Shown here: piece after piece, positions 48,411 through 57,612 of the stretch
How the letters are laid out: each line of letters begins with the position of its first letter
Numbering within the stretch: the stretch's first letter is position 1
Assembly: GCA_963674825.1 (NCBI GenBank)
Contig: OY771587.1
Coordinates: 3,424,001-3,488,000, forward strand
DNA length: 64,000 nt
Direction of reading: 5' to 3'
From: Candidatus Cloacimonadales bacterium
GTDB taxonomy: Bacteria > Cloacimonadota > Cloacimonadia > Cloacimonadales > JAIOQZ01
Notes under the pieces: model-generated
The model's database searches: none
Seen by the model: only the letters and a program-made list of their open reading frames with translations
What the model was told of the DNA's origin: nothing
Position numbers and translations under genes: made by a program

Positions 48411-49402
48411 TTACAGTTTTCTTGATAGTCTCGAAGGGAATCGATGATTTCTTCCGGGTGAATGGGATGAATCCCAACCTTACCACAGACCTTGCCGGCG
48501 GCGTGGTTCGCGATCAGAGCTGCACTTGCAACATCGCATCCTGCCGCCATGCACAGGGTTAATGTGCTGATAACCGTATCGCCTGCACCCGACACATCAT
48601 AGACTTCCATCGCGAATGTGGGAATACTCACAGGCTTTACGCCTTTGGTGAATACTGTTAGGCCTTTCTCTCCTCGGGTGATGACCACATGCTCGGCTTG
48701 TAGTTCGTCCAGGAGGCGATTTGCCGCTTTCACGAAATCCTCTTCCGATTTCACTTCAATGCCCAGGTTCTTTTCGAGTTCCTTGATATTCGGTTTGAAG
48801 ACAGTCACCTTCTCGTATGCGAAGAAGTTACGGAATTTAGGATCAACCGTGACGATCTTGCCGTGTTTGTTGCAATTCTCGATCATCGTACGAATAACTC
48901 GTTCGGTGAGGAATCCCTTATTATAGTCTTCTATCAGAACCGCATCGATATCAGGCAGGAGTGCGTTGAAGCGCTCCAGGATCATATCTTCCACACTGCT
49001 ATCGACATCGTCGGTCTTTTCGCGATCGACACGCACCACGTGCTGGTTATGCGCGATTACACGCGTCTTGACGGTTGTATTGCGGTTTTCATCGATGATC
49101 AGTTCGAGGTTCTCGATACCATTCTGTTTGAAGAGGTCGCGCATGCGATCGCCGTTGAGATCATTACCGATAAGCCCGAGAACATAGGGGATACCGCCGA
49201 GGGTGTGTATGTTGTTAACCACGTTCGCTGCCCCGCCCAGGTGGAAGTCCTCATGACTCACTTCGACAACTGGCACTGGCGCTTCTGGCGAGATTCGATC
49301 GATTTTACCCCACAGATAGTGATCAATCATCAGGTCGCCTGCAACGAGTACCTTTTTTCCTCTTACGTCGTTGAGTATCTTCTTTACTTTGTCGATCTGC
49401 AT
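48407..49402 (-). CDS. rfaE1: D-glycero-beta-D-manno-heptose-7-phosphate kinase (stand-alone RfaE domain I/HldA)
   Basis: GDLMID, RISPEAPVPV, GGAANV, DYNKG, DVSGAGDTV; no adenylyltransferase domain. Confidence 0.92.
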   Translation of the reverse strand: MQIDKVKKILNDVRGKKVLVAGDLMIDHYLWGKIDRISPEAPVPVVEVSHEDFHLGGAANVVNNIHTLGGIPYVLGLIGNDLNGDRMRDLFKQNGIENLELIIDENRNTTVKTRVIAHNQHVVRVDREKTDDVDSSVEDMILERFNALLPDIDAVLIEDYNKGFLTERVIRTMIENCNKHGKIVTVDPKFRNFFAYEKVTVFKPNIKELEKNLGIEVKSEEDFVKAANRLLDELQAEHVVITRGEKGLTVFTKGVKPVSIPTFAMEVYDVSGAGDTVISTLTLCMAAGCDVASAALIANHAAGKVCGKVGIHPIHPEEIIDSLRDYQENCN

Positions 49403-49413
49403 ACATCAACCTC

Positions 49414-50778
49414 CTATTTGATCGGGTATTGGCCGTTGAAACAGGCGTAGCAGTACGAATCGGGATCCGTGACGGTCTCTCGTAATTCGTCAATAGTTAT
49501 ATAGCGCAAGCTATCGACGTTAAGGTATTTCTCAATCTCTTTCGTTGATTTCAAGTTGGCGATCAGCTCTTCTTTGGTCGGCGTATCGATGCCATAAAAG
49601 CATGAGTTCTTTACCGGTGGCGAACCGATCCTGAGGTGAACTTCCTTCGCGCCCTGGCTCTGGATCAGATTGACGATCTTGCGGATCGTGGTGCCGCGCA
49701 CGATGGAATCGTCCACCATGACAACGCGCTTGCCCTTGAAAAAATTAGGTAGTGGATTAAATTTCTGTGAGACGCTCTCGTCACGAACAGTCTGCTGCGG
49801 CTTGATAAAGGTGCGGCCTACGTAGTGGTTACGGATGAGGCCCATCTCGTAGCGAACGCCGCTTTCCTTGGCGTAACCAAGCGCCATGGAGTTTGCGGAA
49901 TCGGGAACCGGGATGACGACATCGGCGTTGAGATCTTTATCGCCTTGAGCCAGCATTGCGCCGATGCGCTCGCGGACTTCATATACGTTCTCGCCGAACT
50001 GGAAACTGTCCGGGCGGGAGAAATAGATGTGTTCGAAAATACAGTGTTGATCGGTACCGATCTTGCGGTAGTCGGCGGGATCGTTGTCGATCTCGCGGAT
50101 ACCGTCTTTGGTGATGTGGATGATACCGGCGGGTTTCATTTCCTTCTTCCATTCGGGTTTGAGGATATCCAGCGCACACGATTCTGATGCAACGATAAAT
50201 GCGCCGTCGTGCGTCTGCCCGTACACCATCGGTCTGAAAGCGTATGGATCACGGAAGACCACCATTTCATCACGGAACGAAAAGACGGTGGAATAGGCTC
50301 CTTTGAAATCGCGCATGAGCAAACGGACTGCATTAAGCCAGTCCAACTTCTCTACTTCCATGAAGTATACAAGATATTTGAGGAGCAGTTCGCCGTCATT
50401 TCCGGAGACGAAATGAACACCCTTTCCTTCGAGGACTTTGCGCAGCTCGTCATAGTTGACGATATCGCCGTTACTTGCCAGCGAGTATATCGGACCGGCG
50501 AGGGTCTCAACAACGTGCGGTTGCGAATTGTATTCTGTGGAGGTTCCACGGGTGGGGTAGCGAACATGTCCGATGGCGATGTTGCCGGGAAGCTTTGCCA
50601 GTGCGTCGGCATTCAGTACGAATTTCACCAGTCCCATTTTCTTACGTAGCTTGAATCCACTTCCGTTCGAGACTGCGATTCCACAGCTTTCCTGCCCACG
50701 ATGTTGTTCCGCGAAGAGCCCGAGCGTTACCAGTTCGGCAGCTCTTTCATGCCCAAAGACTCCAAGAATTCCACACAT
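49414..50778 (-). CDS. purF: Amidophosphoribosyltransferase
   Basis: MCGI start, QHRGQE, GHVRY, VDDSIVRGTT; Fe-S cysteines (CIFE, CFYG, CYAC). Confidence 0.97.
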   Translation of the reverse strand: MCGILGVFGHERAAELVTLGLFAEQHRGQESCGIAVSNGSGFKLRKKMGLVKFVLNADALAKLPGNIAIGHVRYPTRGTSTEYNSQPHVVETLAGPIYSLASNGDIVNYDELRKVLEGKGVHFVSGNDGELLLKYLVYFMEVEKLDWLNAVRLLMRDFKGAYSTVFSFRDEMVVFRDPYAFRPMVYGQTHDGAFIVASESCALDILKPEWKKEMKPAGIIHITKDGIREIDNDPADYRKIGTDQHCIFEHIYFSRPDSFQFGENVYEVRERIGAMLAQGDKDLNADVVIPVPDSANSMALGYAKESGVRYEMGLIRNHYVGRTFIKPQQTVRDESVSQKFNPLPNFFKGKRVVMVDDSIVRGTTIRKIVNLIQSQGAKEVHLRIGSPPVKNSCFYGIDTPTKEELIANLKSTKEIEKYLNVDSLRYITIDELRETVTDPDSYCYACFNGQYPIK

Positions 50779-51405
50779 TTATTTCTTCTCCTTCGATTTG
50801 AATGATAAGCGATTTTCCGTACCAGATAAGAGACGTTTGATGTTGGCTGTGTGCCTGAATATTACCATGGCGGCGACCAGCCCGGTGAGAACGAGATAAA
50901 CGATATCGGAAAATCCATTATGGATATTGATAATCAGATTGCTGATAAATAGCACAGCAGCGGCTAGAATCGATCCCAGCGACACATAGCGCGAGATCCA
51001 GGTCACGATGATGAACGTGATTACCGCAGCGAGAAACGAGATCGGTGTCAGGATGATGAATACACCAGTCGATGTCGCGACACCCTTACCGCCCTTGAAT
51101 TTGAGGAAGATGGTGTAATTATGGCCAAGGATCGCGACCAGCCCAATCACCGACAGCAGGATTGGATTGCCGCCAACCATCAGCTTGCCGATATAGACCG
51201 CGGCAGCCCCCTTGAGGATATCCAACGCTAGTACCGGAAGCCCGAGCTTGAGCCCGAGTACGCGCACTGCGTTCGTAGCACCTACATTGCCGCTGCCGTA
51301 ATCACGGATATCGATCTTGCGAAAGAGCTTTCCGAAGAGGTAGCTGACGGGAATGCTTCCAAGAAGGTATGCAGCGACGATCGATATGATCAATCCTTGT
51401 CCCAT
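50779..51405 (-). CDS. plsY: Glycerol-3-phosphate 1-O-acyltransferase
   Basis: YLLGSIP, GSGNVGATN, KGGKGVAT, RHTANIKRL…GTE. Confidence 0.96.
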   Translation of the reverse strand: MGQGLIISIVAAYLLGSIPVSYLFGKLFRKIDIRDYGSGNVGATNAVRVLGLKLGLPVLALDILKGAAAVYIGKLMVGGNPILLSVIGLVAILGHNYTIFLKFKGGKGVATSTGVFIILTPISFLAAVITFIIVTWISRYVSLGSILAAAVLFISNLIINIHNGFSDIVYLVLTGLVAAMVIFRHTANIKRLLSGTENRLSFKSKEKK

Positions 51406-52787
51406 ATTCCGAGCTCCATCATTTCCTTGCGATCGCGTTCGGAGATGTGATCCTTACCGCGAACAAACATTCGTATGGCGGCCCCGGAGAAATCGAACTC
51501 CTCGCGCAGCCGGTTGTGAAGATAGCGACGATATTGTTCGGAAACCATTTTAGCGTTGTTCACAAAGAAAACGATGGTAGGCGGATGCACCATCACCTGT
51601 GTGCAATAGTAGAACTTGATCTGCTTTCCGGTGGGGTGTGATGGTGGGTATTTCGCGATAGCCGACTTGAGGAACTGATTCAGCTTTGAGGTCGGGATGC
51701 GCTGGCTGGAGTGCGAGAACACTTCCAAAATCATTTCGAGAAGCTTGCGAATCCGCTGCCCCGTCAAGGCAGAGCTGAATACGATGGGTGCATGTTCGAG
51801 GAACGGCAGTTCGCGCGCAAATTCCTTGGAGAACTTGTTGACGGTGTTGCTGTCCTTTTCGACCAGATCCCATTTGTTGAACACGACCAGCACATCCTTG
51901 TAGTTGCGATGTGCGTAGGAAGCGATCTTTTTATCCTGGTGTGAGATTTCGGTGGATGCATCAAGGATGAGCAGCACGATGTCCGCGCGATTGATGCTCT
52001 CGATGGTCCGCATAGAGCTGAAATATTCCACGCCTTTTTTGATGCGCGTTTTACGGCGCAGTCCGGCAGTATCGATCAGCACCAATTTCTTGCCAAAGTA
52101 GTTCAACGTGCTATCGATCGAATCACGAGTAGTGCCAGGTACATCGCTGACGATAACGGTATCCTCGCCAATCAGGCGGTTGATAATGGATGATTTTCCG
52201 ACGTTAGGTTTACCTACAATGGCGATATTGATCTGGTTCTCGTCCGTCTCCTGTTTGACTTCTGAACGCTTGCCTGGCTTCATGCGTTTGATGAGCTCAT
52301 CCAGGAAGTTCCCGACGTTGCGACCGTGGGACGCGGAGATGGGGAAGGCGTCGTTGAATCCAAGCTGCAGGAAATCATAGACTTCGAGCTCAAACTTTTC
52401 GTTGTCGGCCTTATTTGCCACCAGCATCACTTTATCGCGATGGGCAGAGAGAATTCTGGCGATTTCGATGTCGATATCGGTTGCTCCGGTATGTGCATCG
52501 ACGACGAAGAGGATGAAATCTGCCTCTTCGATGGAAAGCTCGGCCTGAAATCGCACTTGTTTGTCGATACTGTCGTCCGAATAGGGGATAATCCCGCCGG
52601 TATCGACGATGACAAACACGTGGTCGTCCCAGGTAACTTCTTCATATTTGCGATCACGAGTAATTCCAGATTCGGGATCGACAATGGCTTTCCGCTTGCG
52701 GCACAGTCGATTGAATAGTGTCGATTTACCGACGTTCGGTCTTCCTACGATAGCGACTATTTTCTTTAGCATCTTATCTAACTCCAT
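51390..52787 (-). CDS. der: Ribosome biogenesis GTPase Der (EngA)
   Basis: Two G domains (GRPNVGKS/DTGG/NKAD and GKPNVGKS/DTAG/NKWD) plus a KH-like tail. Start may be 52772. Confidence 0.97.
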   Translation of the reverse strand: MELDKMLKKIVAIVGRPNVGKSTLFNRLCRKRKAIVDPESGITRDRKYEEVTWDDHVFVIVDTGGIIPYSDDSIDKQVRFQAELSIEEADFILFVVDAHTGATDIDIEIARILSAHRDKVMLVANKADNEKFELEVYDFLQLGFNDAFPISASHGRNVGNFLDELIKRMKPGKRSEVKQETDENQINIAIVGKPNVGKSSIINRLIGEDTVIVSDVPGTTRDSIDSTLNYFGKKLVLIDTAGLRRKTRIKKGVEYFSSMRTIESINRADIVLLILDASTEISHQDKKIASYAHRNYKDVLVVFNKWDLVEKDSNTVNKFSKEFARELPFLEHAPIVFSSALTGQRIRKLLEMILEVFSHSSQRIPTSKLNQFLKSAIAKYPPSHPTGKQIKFYYCTQVMVHPPTIVFFVNNAKMVSEQYRRYLHNRLREEFDFSGAAIRMFVRGKDHISERDRKEMMELGIWDKD

Positions 52788-52949
52788 GTTTATAGAGAAA
52801 GTAATCAGTTTTTGTTAGCGGTGATTTCTGTCAACCAGAAACCGTCGGTATATTTTATGTTGCGTCACACACTTATTGACAGTTTTCTCCTTCAGCCCTA
52901 TTTCGTTGACGGCATCCTCAGAATTCAGAATATAGATACGGAGGTACAT

Positions 52950-53702
52950 ATGCTCGAAATCTGCATCGGTGACATCGATTCGGCCATTACAGCGGTTTCA
53001 GGCGGCGCTGACCGTCTGGAAGTTAATTGCGCTCTTGCATTGGGCGGACTCACCCCATCGCAAGTCATGGTCGAAACCATCTTGCAAGTAGTATCGATTC
53101 CCATCATTGTCATGATTCGTCCGCGTGAAGGTGACTTCACCTACTCGGAGCGTGAATTCAAGCTCATGCTGTATGAAGCTGCGAGAATGCTGGAACTCGG
53201 AGCGTCCGGGATTGCCTTCGGCGTGATCGACGATCAAGGCAAAATCGACGTTCGCCGTGTAGAAAGGATAGTAGCATTGACTGGGGCAGCCGAAACCGTT
53301 TTCCATCGCGCCTTCGATCTATTATCCGATCCCGTTGCCAACACCTGCCTGCTGCAAGACCTCGGTGTGACCAGGATTCTCACCAGCGGTTGCCATGCTA
53401 CCGCGTGGGAAGGACGCCACGTCCTGAAAGAGATGATCGACATCCCTGGACGTACCATTCAGATCCTTCCGGCGAGTGGCATTAATGCCCGGAACGCAGA
53501 GCAGCTCGTCAATCACCTCGGGCAAAGAGACTTGCACGCTTCGTGCAGCATGCTGGTCAATTCATCAATGCCACAAAATGATCAGATTCGGTTCAATGCA
53601 CGCGATCTGCCGGAACATGCCCACTTTGCCACGGACGAGCGGAAATTGAAGGAACTTCGGGATATTAACCCATCCTCTTTGAAAAAACCTTTGACAAAAT
53701 AA
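52950..53702 (+). CDS. cutC: Copper homeostasis protein CutC
   Basis: MLEIC, GGLTPS, MIRPREGDF, FHRAFD, RILTSG; GGAGG RBS. Confidence 0.93.
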   Translation: MLEICIGDIDSAITAVSGGADRLEVNCALALGGLTPSQVMVETILQVVSIPIIVMIRPREGDFTYSEREFKLMLYEAARMLELGASGIAFGVIDDQGKIDVRRVERIVALTGAAETVFHRAFDLLSDPVANTCLLQDLGVTRILTSGCHATAWEGRHVLKEMIDIPGRTIQILPASGINARNAEQLVNHLGQRDLHASCSMLVNSSMPQNDQIRFNARDLPEHAHFATDERKLKELRDINPSSLKKPLTK

Positions 53703-53744
53703 ACACGATCGATGTTTTTAGAGAAAACAAATACTGGAGGACGA

Positions 53745-54233
53745 ATGTCGGATCAAAACGAAGCCATGAACAATGTTGGTCAGACTGACGACTTGAGCAT
53801 AAAGCAGGTGAAGAAGTTCTCGCTGATCGAGCTTCTTATGATCATCATGCTGGTGGGAATCGTCGTAACTTTCATTTACCCGCTTCGGCAAATGAAGATC
53901 GATCGCGCCCGTACACAGGAAGCCATCGAGATTATCAAGAAAGCCGCCGCACTTGACGAAGAATTCAAGAAAGACCCGGATAGAGGTTTTGGCGACTACG
54001 CTTTCGATTTCTCTCAGCTGAACTACAAACCCGAAAACGAATATTTTACCTTCCGCGTTGCTGACGTTGAGCTTGAAGATCGCACCATTACCGGCGGTTA
54101 CATAACAGCAACGACAACCGAGAAGTTCGGCCATGAAGGCATCCAGATCAAGTATATGCTGCCTTCCGGTCCTTGGACACTCGACGAACCGGACAAAGCC
54201 AAAGATATTATCCATCGTAACTGGCTGCCGTAA
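53745..54233 (+). CDS. Type IV pilin/pseudopilin-like protein
   Basis: Hydrophilic leader, then FSLIELLMIIMLVGIVVTFIYP…RARTQEA; GGAGG RBS. Confidence 0.75.
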   Translation: MSDQNEAMNNVGQTDDLSIKQVKKFSLIELLMIIMLVGIVVTFIYPLRQMKIDRARTQEAIEIIKKAAALDEEFKKDPDRGFGDYAFDFSQLNYKPENEYFTFRVADVELEDRTITGGYITATTTEKFGHEGIQIKYMLPSGPWTLDEPDKAKDIIHRNWLP

Positions 54234-54253
54234 ACGGGTTACGCACAGTTTTC

Positions 54254-54285
54254 AAACCTTCAGGGTTCGCTCTGGAGGTTTTTTT
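54254..54285 (+). terminator. Intrinsic terminator after the pilin-like gene
   Basis: AACCTTCAGGG-TTCG-CTCTGGAGGTT followed by a T-run. Confidence 0.75.
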
Positions 54286-54287
54286 CT

Positions 54288-55826
54288 ATGATACCAATAC
54301 CGATTTCTTACGCCGAGATACATTATCGGCTGCCCTGGCTTAAGCCGGCCTACTTCAGGAATCTTCCTGAAATCATCACCGATTTGCCCACGCGGTACAT
54401 CGCAAGGGCAGACTATAGCCTGCCAATCGCGCTGATCGTAAAGGATGCCGATAAATTTCCGGTCACCATCAACCGTGTTACAGCCTACATCATACAGAAA
54501 GGACGAACGCGCAAACGTGCCTTCGAGCTTGACCAAACCTTCAGTGCTACCTATCGCTCCATCATCCTGCCTATTGCCAATAACGACCTAATCATGAACA
54601 GCTATTGCAGGATTACGCTGAAGATTGATTGCACGGCTCGCGGCAAGCAATACACCTTTTACAACGATAATTTCCCCGGACTCGACTGGCAGCCATACTG
54701 CTGCTACGTCACGGAAAAACCGCTTCCATACCCACAAGGATGGTTTGCCGGGGATCCACACGTTCACACCAATTATACCAACGACCAGGCAGAGTTCGGA
54801 GCCGACATCGCCCTTACGCGCGCTATGGCGATCGCGATGGGTCTGTCGTGGTTCTTTGTTGCCGATCATTCCTACGATCTCGACGATATGCCCGATAACT
54901 ATCTCGAGAACGATCCGAACTTACCCAAATGGCATCAGATGCGTAAGGAAGTTGCCGAGTTGGATTCATCCGAATGCCGTATCCTGCCAGGCGAAGAGGC
55001 CTCCATCGGCAACGCTCGAGGTGAGAACGTTCACATGCTCTCGATCAACCGCGACGACTTTATCCCCGGTCACGGCGATAGCGCGGAAAACTGGCTGGAG
55101 AACCACCCTCAAGTGAGCTTAAATCAACTCGAACCCGATCAGAATGGGCTTCTTATTGCGGCGCACACATTCGAACAGGTTCCTATCCTGCAGAAGCTCC
55201 TTTTACGACGCGGTAACTGGTCGATACGCGACTTCCATGTCGCCGGTATCCGGCATCTTCAGGCGATCAACTCCGCCCGGAGACAGGATATTGTTGAGAG
55301 CTTGCTGCACTGGCGTGACCTGTTGCTGCTTGGTAATCGATTCGTCATCCTTGCAGGTAACGACGCACATGGTAATTTCAACGTAATGCGCCAGATTAGT
55401 GTCCCCTTTTTGAAGCTGTTCAGCTCGCGCAAGCAAACCTTTGGACGCATGATGACGATTTTCAAGCATCGAACGAACGATCCTATCGCAGGTCTTGATC
55501 ATGGTGAGATTATTGTCTCCAATGGACCTTTTCTGCGGTTCCAGCTTGGTAAAGGTGATCACGCAGTAACGATTGGTCAGTCGATGAAATCGAGGAAAGA
55601 GCGGTTGTTCTTCGAGGCGGAAACAACACCAGAATTCGGAAGGATTACACGCATTGATCTTCTTATTGGTGACATCGATTGCTGCAGCGAGCAGCGTATT
55701 GTCAATCCGGAGAATAAAAAACGGTTGCATTTACCGAGTCGAGGATATGTCCGCATGGAACTGCGCACCCGTAACGGTGGTTTCGCTGCGACGAATCCTA
55801 TATGGGTTGAGCCTTCCGAGCATTGA
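54288..55826 (+). CDS. PHP-domain metallohydrolase (CehA/McbA-like)
   Basis: GDPHVHT, VADHS, PGEE, IAAH, AGNDAH; ends TNPIWV. Confidence 0.8.
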   Translation: MIPIPISYAEIHYRLPWLKPAYFRNLPEIITDLPTRYIARADYSLPIALIVKDADKFPVTINRVTAYIIQKGRTRKRAFELDQTFSATYRSIILPIANNDLIMNSYCRITLKIDCTARGKQYTFYNDNFPGLDWQPYCCYVTEKPLPYPQGWFAGDPHVHTNYTNDQAEFGADIALTRAMAIAMGLSWFFVADHSYDLDDMPDNYLENDPNLPKWHQMRKEVAELDSSECRILPGEEASIGNARGENVHMLSINRDDFIPGHGDSAENWLENHPQVSLNQLEPDQNGLLIAAHTFEQVPILQKLLLRRGNWSIRDFHVAGIRHLQAINSARRQDIVESLLHWRDLLLLGNRFVILAGNDAHGNFNVMRQISVPFLKLFSSRKQTFGRMMTIFKHRTNDPIAGLDHGEIIVSNGPFLRFQLGKGDHAVTIGQSMKSRKERLFFEAETTPEFGRITRIDLLIGDIDCCSEQRIVNPENKKRLHLPSRGYVRMELRTRNGGFAATNPIWVEPSEH

Positions 55827-55867
55827 GAATGAAAAGGGGCATCTTCCGACACCCCTCAAGTAATACA

Positions 55868-57139
55868 TTAACGTACGATTGTTATTTTCCTGACTGATAA
55901 CGTTTTGCTTTCATTCATTGCGGCACAGAAATAGATACCCGATCCAGTCTGTTTGCCATTCACATCGCGTCCGTCCCAGGTGTTTCCGTGAACGTTAGCG
56001 ATGCGTCGTCCGCGCACGTCATAGATAATATAGCGGTCAGCGTTTGTGCCTTCCGGGAGTGAAAAGCTGATACTGCTTCCGTAGCGTGCCGGATTGGGCC
56101 AAGCCTGCAACGCGATAGGAAGGTTCGGCTCTATTCCTTCATCCTGAATTGACGAGGTTTCGACTTTCACAACAACATCTGTTGCACCCACAGCAACCTC
56201 GTAAGTATTTAACAATGAATCGTTTTCCAGTTCATATCGATAGACATCCGAATTGGAAATATAATCGCCAGCATCGACGGATAGCAGCTCACCATTATAG
56301 ATCGTCAGCGCGTTTCCACCAAGAAAGATGCCATCGTTGGGCTCGACAAGCACATCCAGTGTTTCAGCGTTATAAACGTAAACACCTGCTGGCCATGCGT
56401 TTCCCACAAACATCCGGCCATCCTCAAAACAAGCGATCGATTTAGGCGTTCCTCCCAGATTGAGCGTTTCGGTAACAACATTCGTCTGGGGATCGATGAG
56501 ATCGATCTTGCCTGCCACATCGATATAATTTCCGGTACATGATAGGTGGATCATATCGTTATAGACTGCCATACTTTGTGGGTTGAGATCGGTATCGATC
56601 GTAGTAATAAGAGAACAATCCGATGCATCGAAGACCGAAACGGTACCGGGGCTGTACGAATAATTGGATGGATTGAAACCGGTGTTCGAGACGTATATCT
56701 TGCCATCAAAATAAAGGAGACTCTGCGGGTACGTTCCTGTCGCAATAGAGTTGACCACTTCTTCCGATTCCAGATCAATCTGATAGAGGTGGTTGTCGCC
56801 ACTGCCGGTAACCCAAAGATAACCTTCACCGGAGCAGACACCGTACGGCAATACGTTATCACCCAGATAAATGCTGTTCCGTACGCGATTTGACGATAGC
56901 TCGACGACTTCCAGCCTGTTCTCGTAGGTAACTGTCACATAGGCTGTATCGTCCAGGATCGCCATGTAGTTCGGCGCGGCATAGGGGGCATTGCTTAAAA
57001 CCGCAAAGTCGGGATCGATGATACCGGATTCGGTATCGACACTTGAAAGGGTTTGGCTTTCGGAATTCACGACGTAAAAATCGTAACCGAACAGTACCGC
57101 TGAAACAAGCATCAGCAGCGCAATAGAGAATTGTTTCAT
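55868..57139 (-). CDS. YncE/BtuG-like beta-propeller secreted protein with a T9SS/FlgD-type tail, probably cobalamin-binding
   Basis: Signal peptide; YVTN-like blades (YVSNTG, VSVFD, IDLID); tail AWPNP…IYDVRGRRI…WDGRD…GSGIYF…KITIVR; cobalamin riboswitch upstream. Confidence 0.82.
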   Translation of the reverse strand: MKQFSIALLMLVSAVLFGYDFYVVNSESQTLSSVDTESGIIDPDFAVLSNAPYAAPNYMAILDDTAYVTVTYENRLEVVELSSNRVRNSIYLGDNVLPYGVCSGEGYLWVTGSGDNHLYQIDLESEEVVNSIATGTYPQSLLYFDGKIYVSNTGFNPSNYSYSPGTVSVFDASDCSLITTIDTDLNPQSMAVYNDMIHLSCTGNYIDVAGKIDLIDPQTNVVTETLNLGGTPKSIACFEDGRMFVGNAWPAGVYVYNAETLDVLVEPNDGIFLGGNALTIYNGELLSVDAGDYISNSDVYRYELENDSLLNTYEVAVGATDVVVKVETSSIQDEGIEPNLPIALQAWPNPARYGSSISFSLPEGTNADRYIIYDVRGRRIANVHGNTWDGRDVNGKQTGSGIYFCAAMNESKTLSVRKITIVR

Positions 57140-57143
57140 CTTT

Positions 57144-57160
57144 CCTCCTCGATGAGGAGG
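57144..57160 (-). promoter_or_regulatory. SD-sequestering hairpin (riboswitch expression platform)
   Basis: The minus strand reads CCTCCTC-ATC-GAGGAGG-AAAG-ATG, so the RBS forms the 3' arm of a 7-bp stem. Confidence 0.75.
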
Positions 57161-57211
57161 GGTAAGTAAGGGGCCAACCTCGCTCTCCCTCCGAAAGTGA
57201 TTGGGTATAAC

Positions 57212-57378
57212 GATTTCGGCATGTCTCCTGGCTCGAAGCTCAATCCTACTTGCTCAGCCTTCCCAACCATCGGTCAGTGGCTCTTTCCGAGCGTTCGTAA
57301 CTTCTTACAGGAGCGGGGGCTGCTCCCGAATTTCACGGGATTCCATCTTAGCGTCTTGGAAAGACGAACCGGAATCTG
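57212..57378 (-). promoter_or_regulatory. Cobalamin (B12) riboswitch aptamer
   Basis: Minus strand: GGTTC…TAAGATGGAATCCCGTGAAATTCGGGAGCAGCCCCCGCTCCTGTAA…GCCACTG…TGGGAAGG…GAGCCAGGAGACATGCC (B12 box). Confidence 0.92.
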
Positions 57379-57612
57379 ACGTCAGATTTGCGAGCTTGGA
57401 AAATCGGTCAAGCAAATATGGAGATGATAGCAGAGGACTGGCAAAATCACAGCGTATTTTTCCAAAAACGTTCTAGCCCTGCCATGAAAACTGCGGGACT
57501 TTTCTCATATTTCCATTTATTGCGATCAGCCCTTTCATCAGATTTCCTTGACAAATAAGGACGAGCCATTTCAAGCTTACAGAAACTACGCAAAGAAAAA
57601 ACGAAGGAATGA

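Noticed and set aside
52812..52949. Extended cutC N-terminus from the ORF track
   Set aside because: The region contains divergent promoter boxes; the family-typical start MLEIC with a GGAGG RBS is at 52950.
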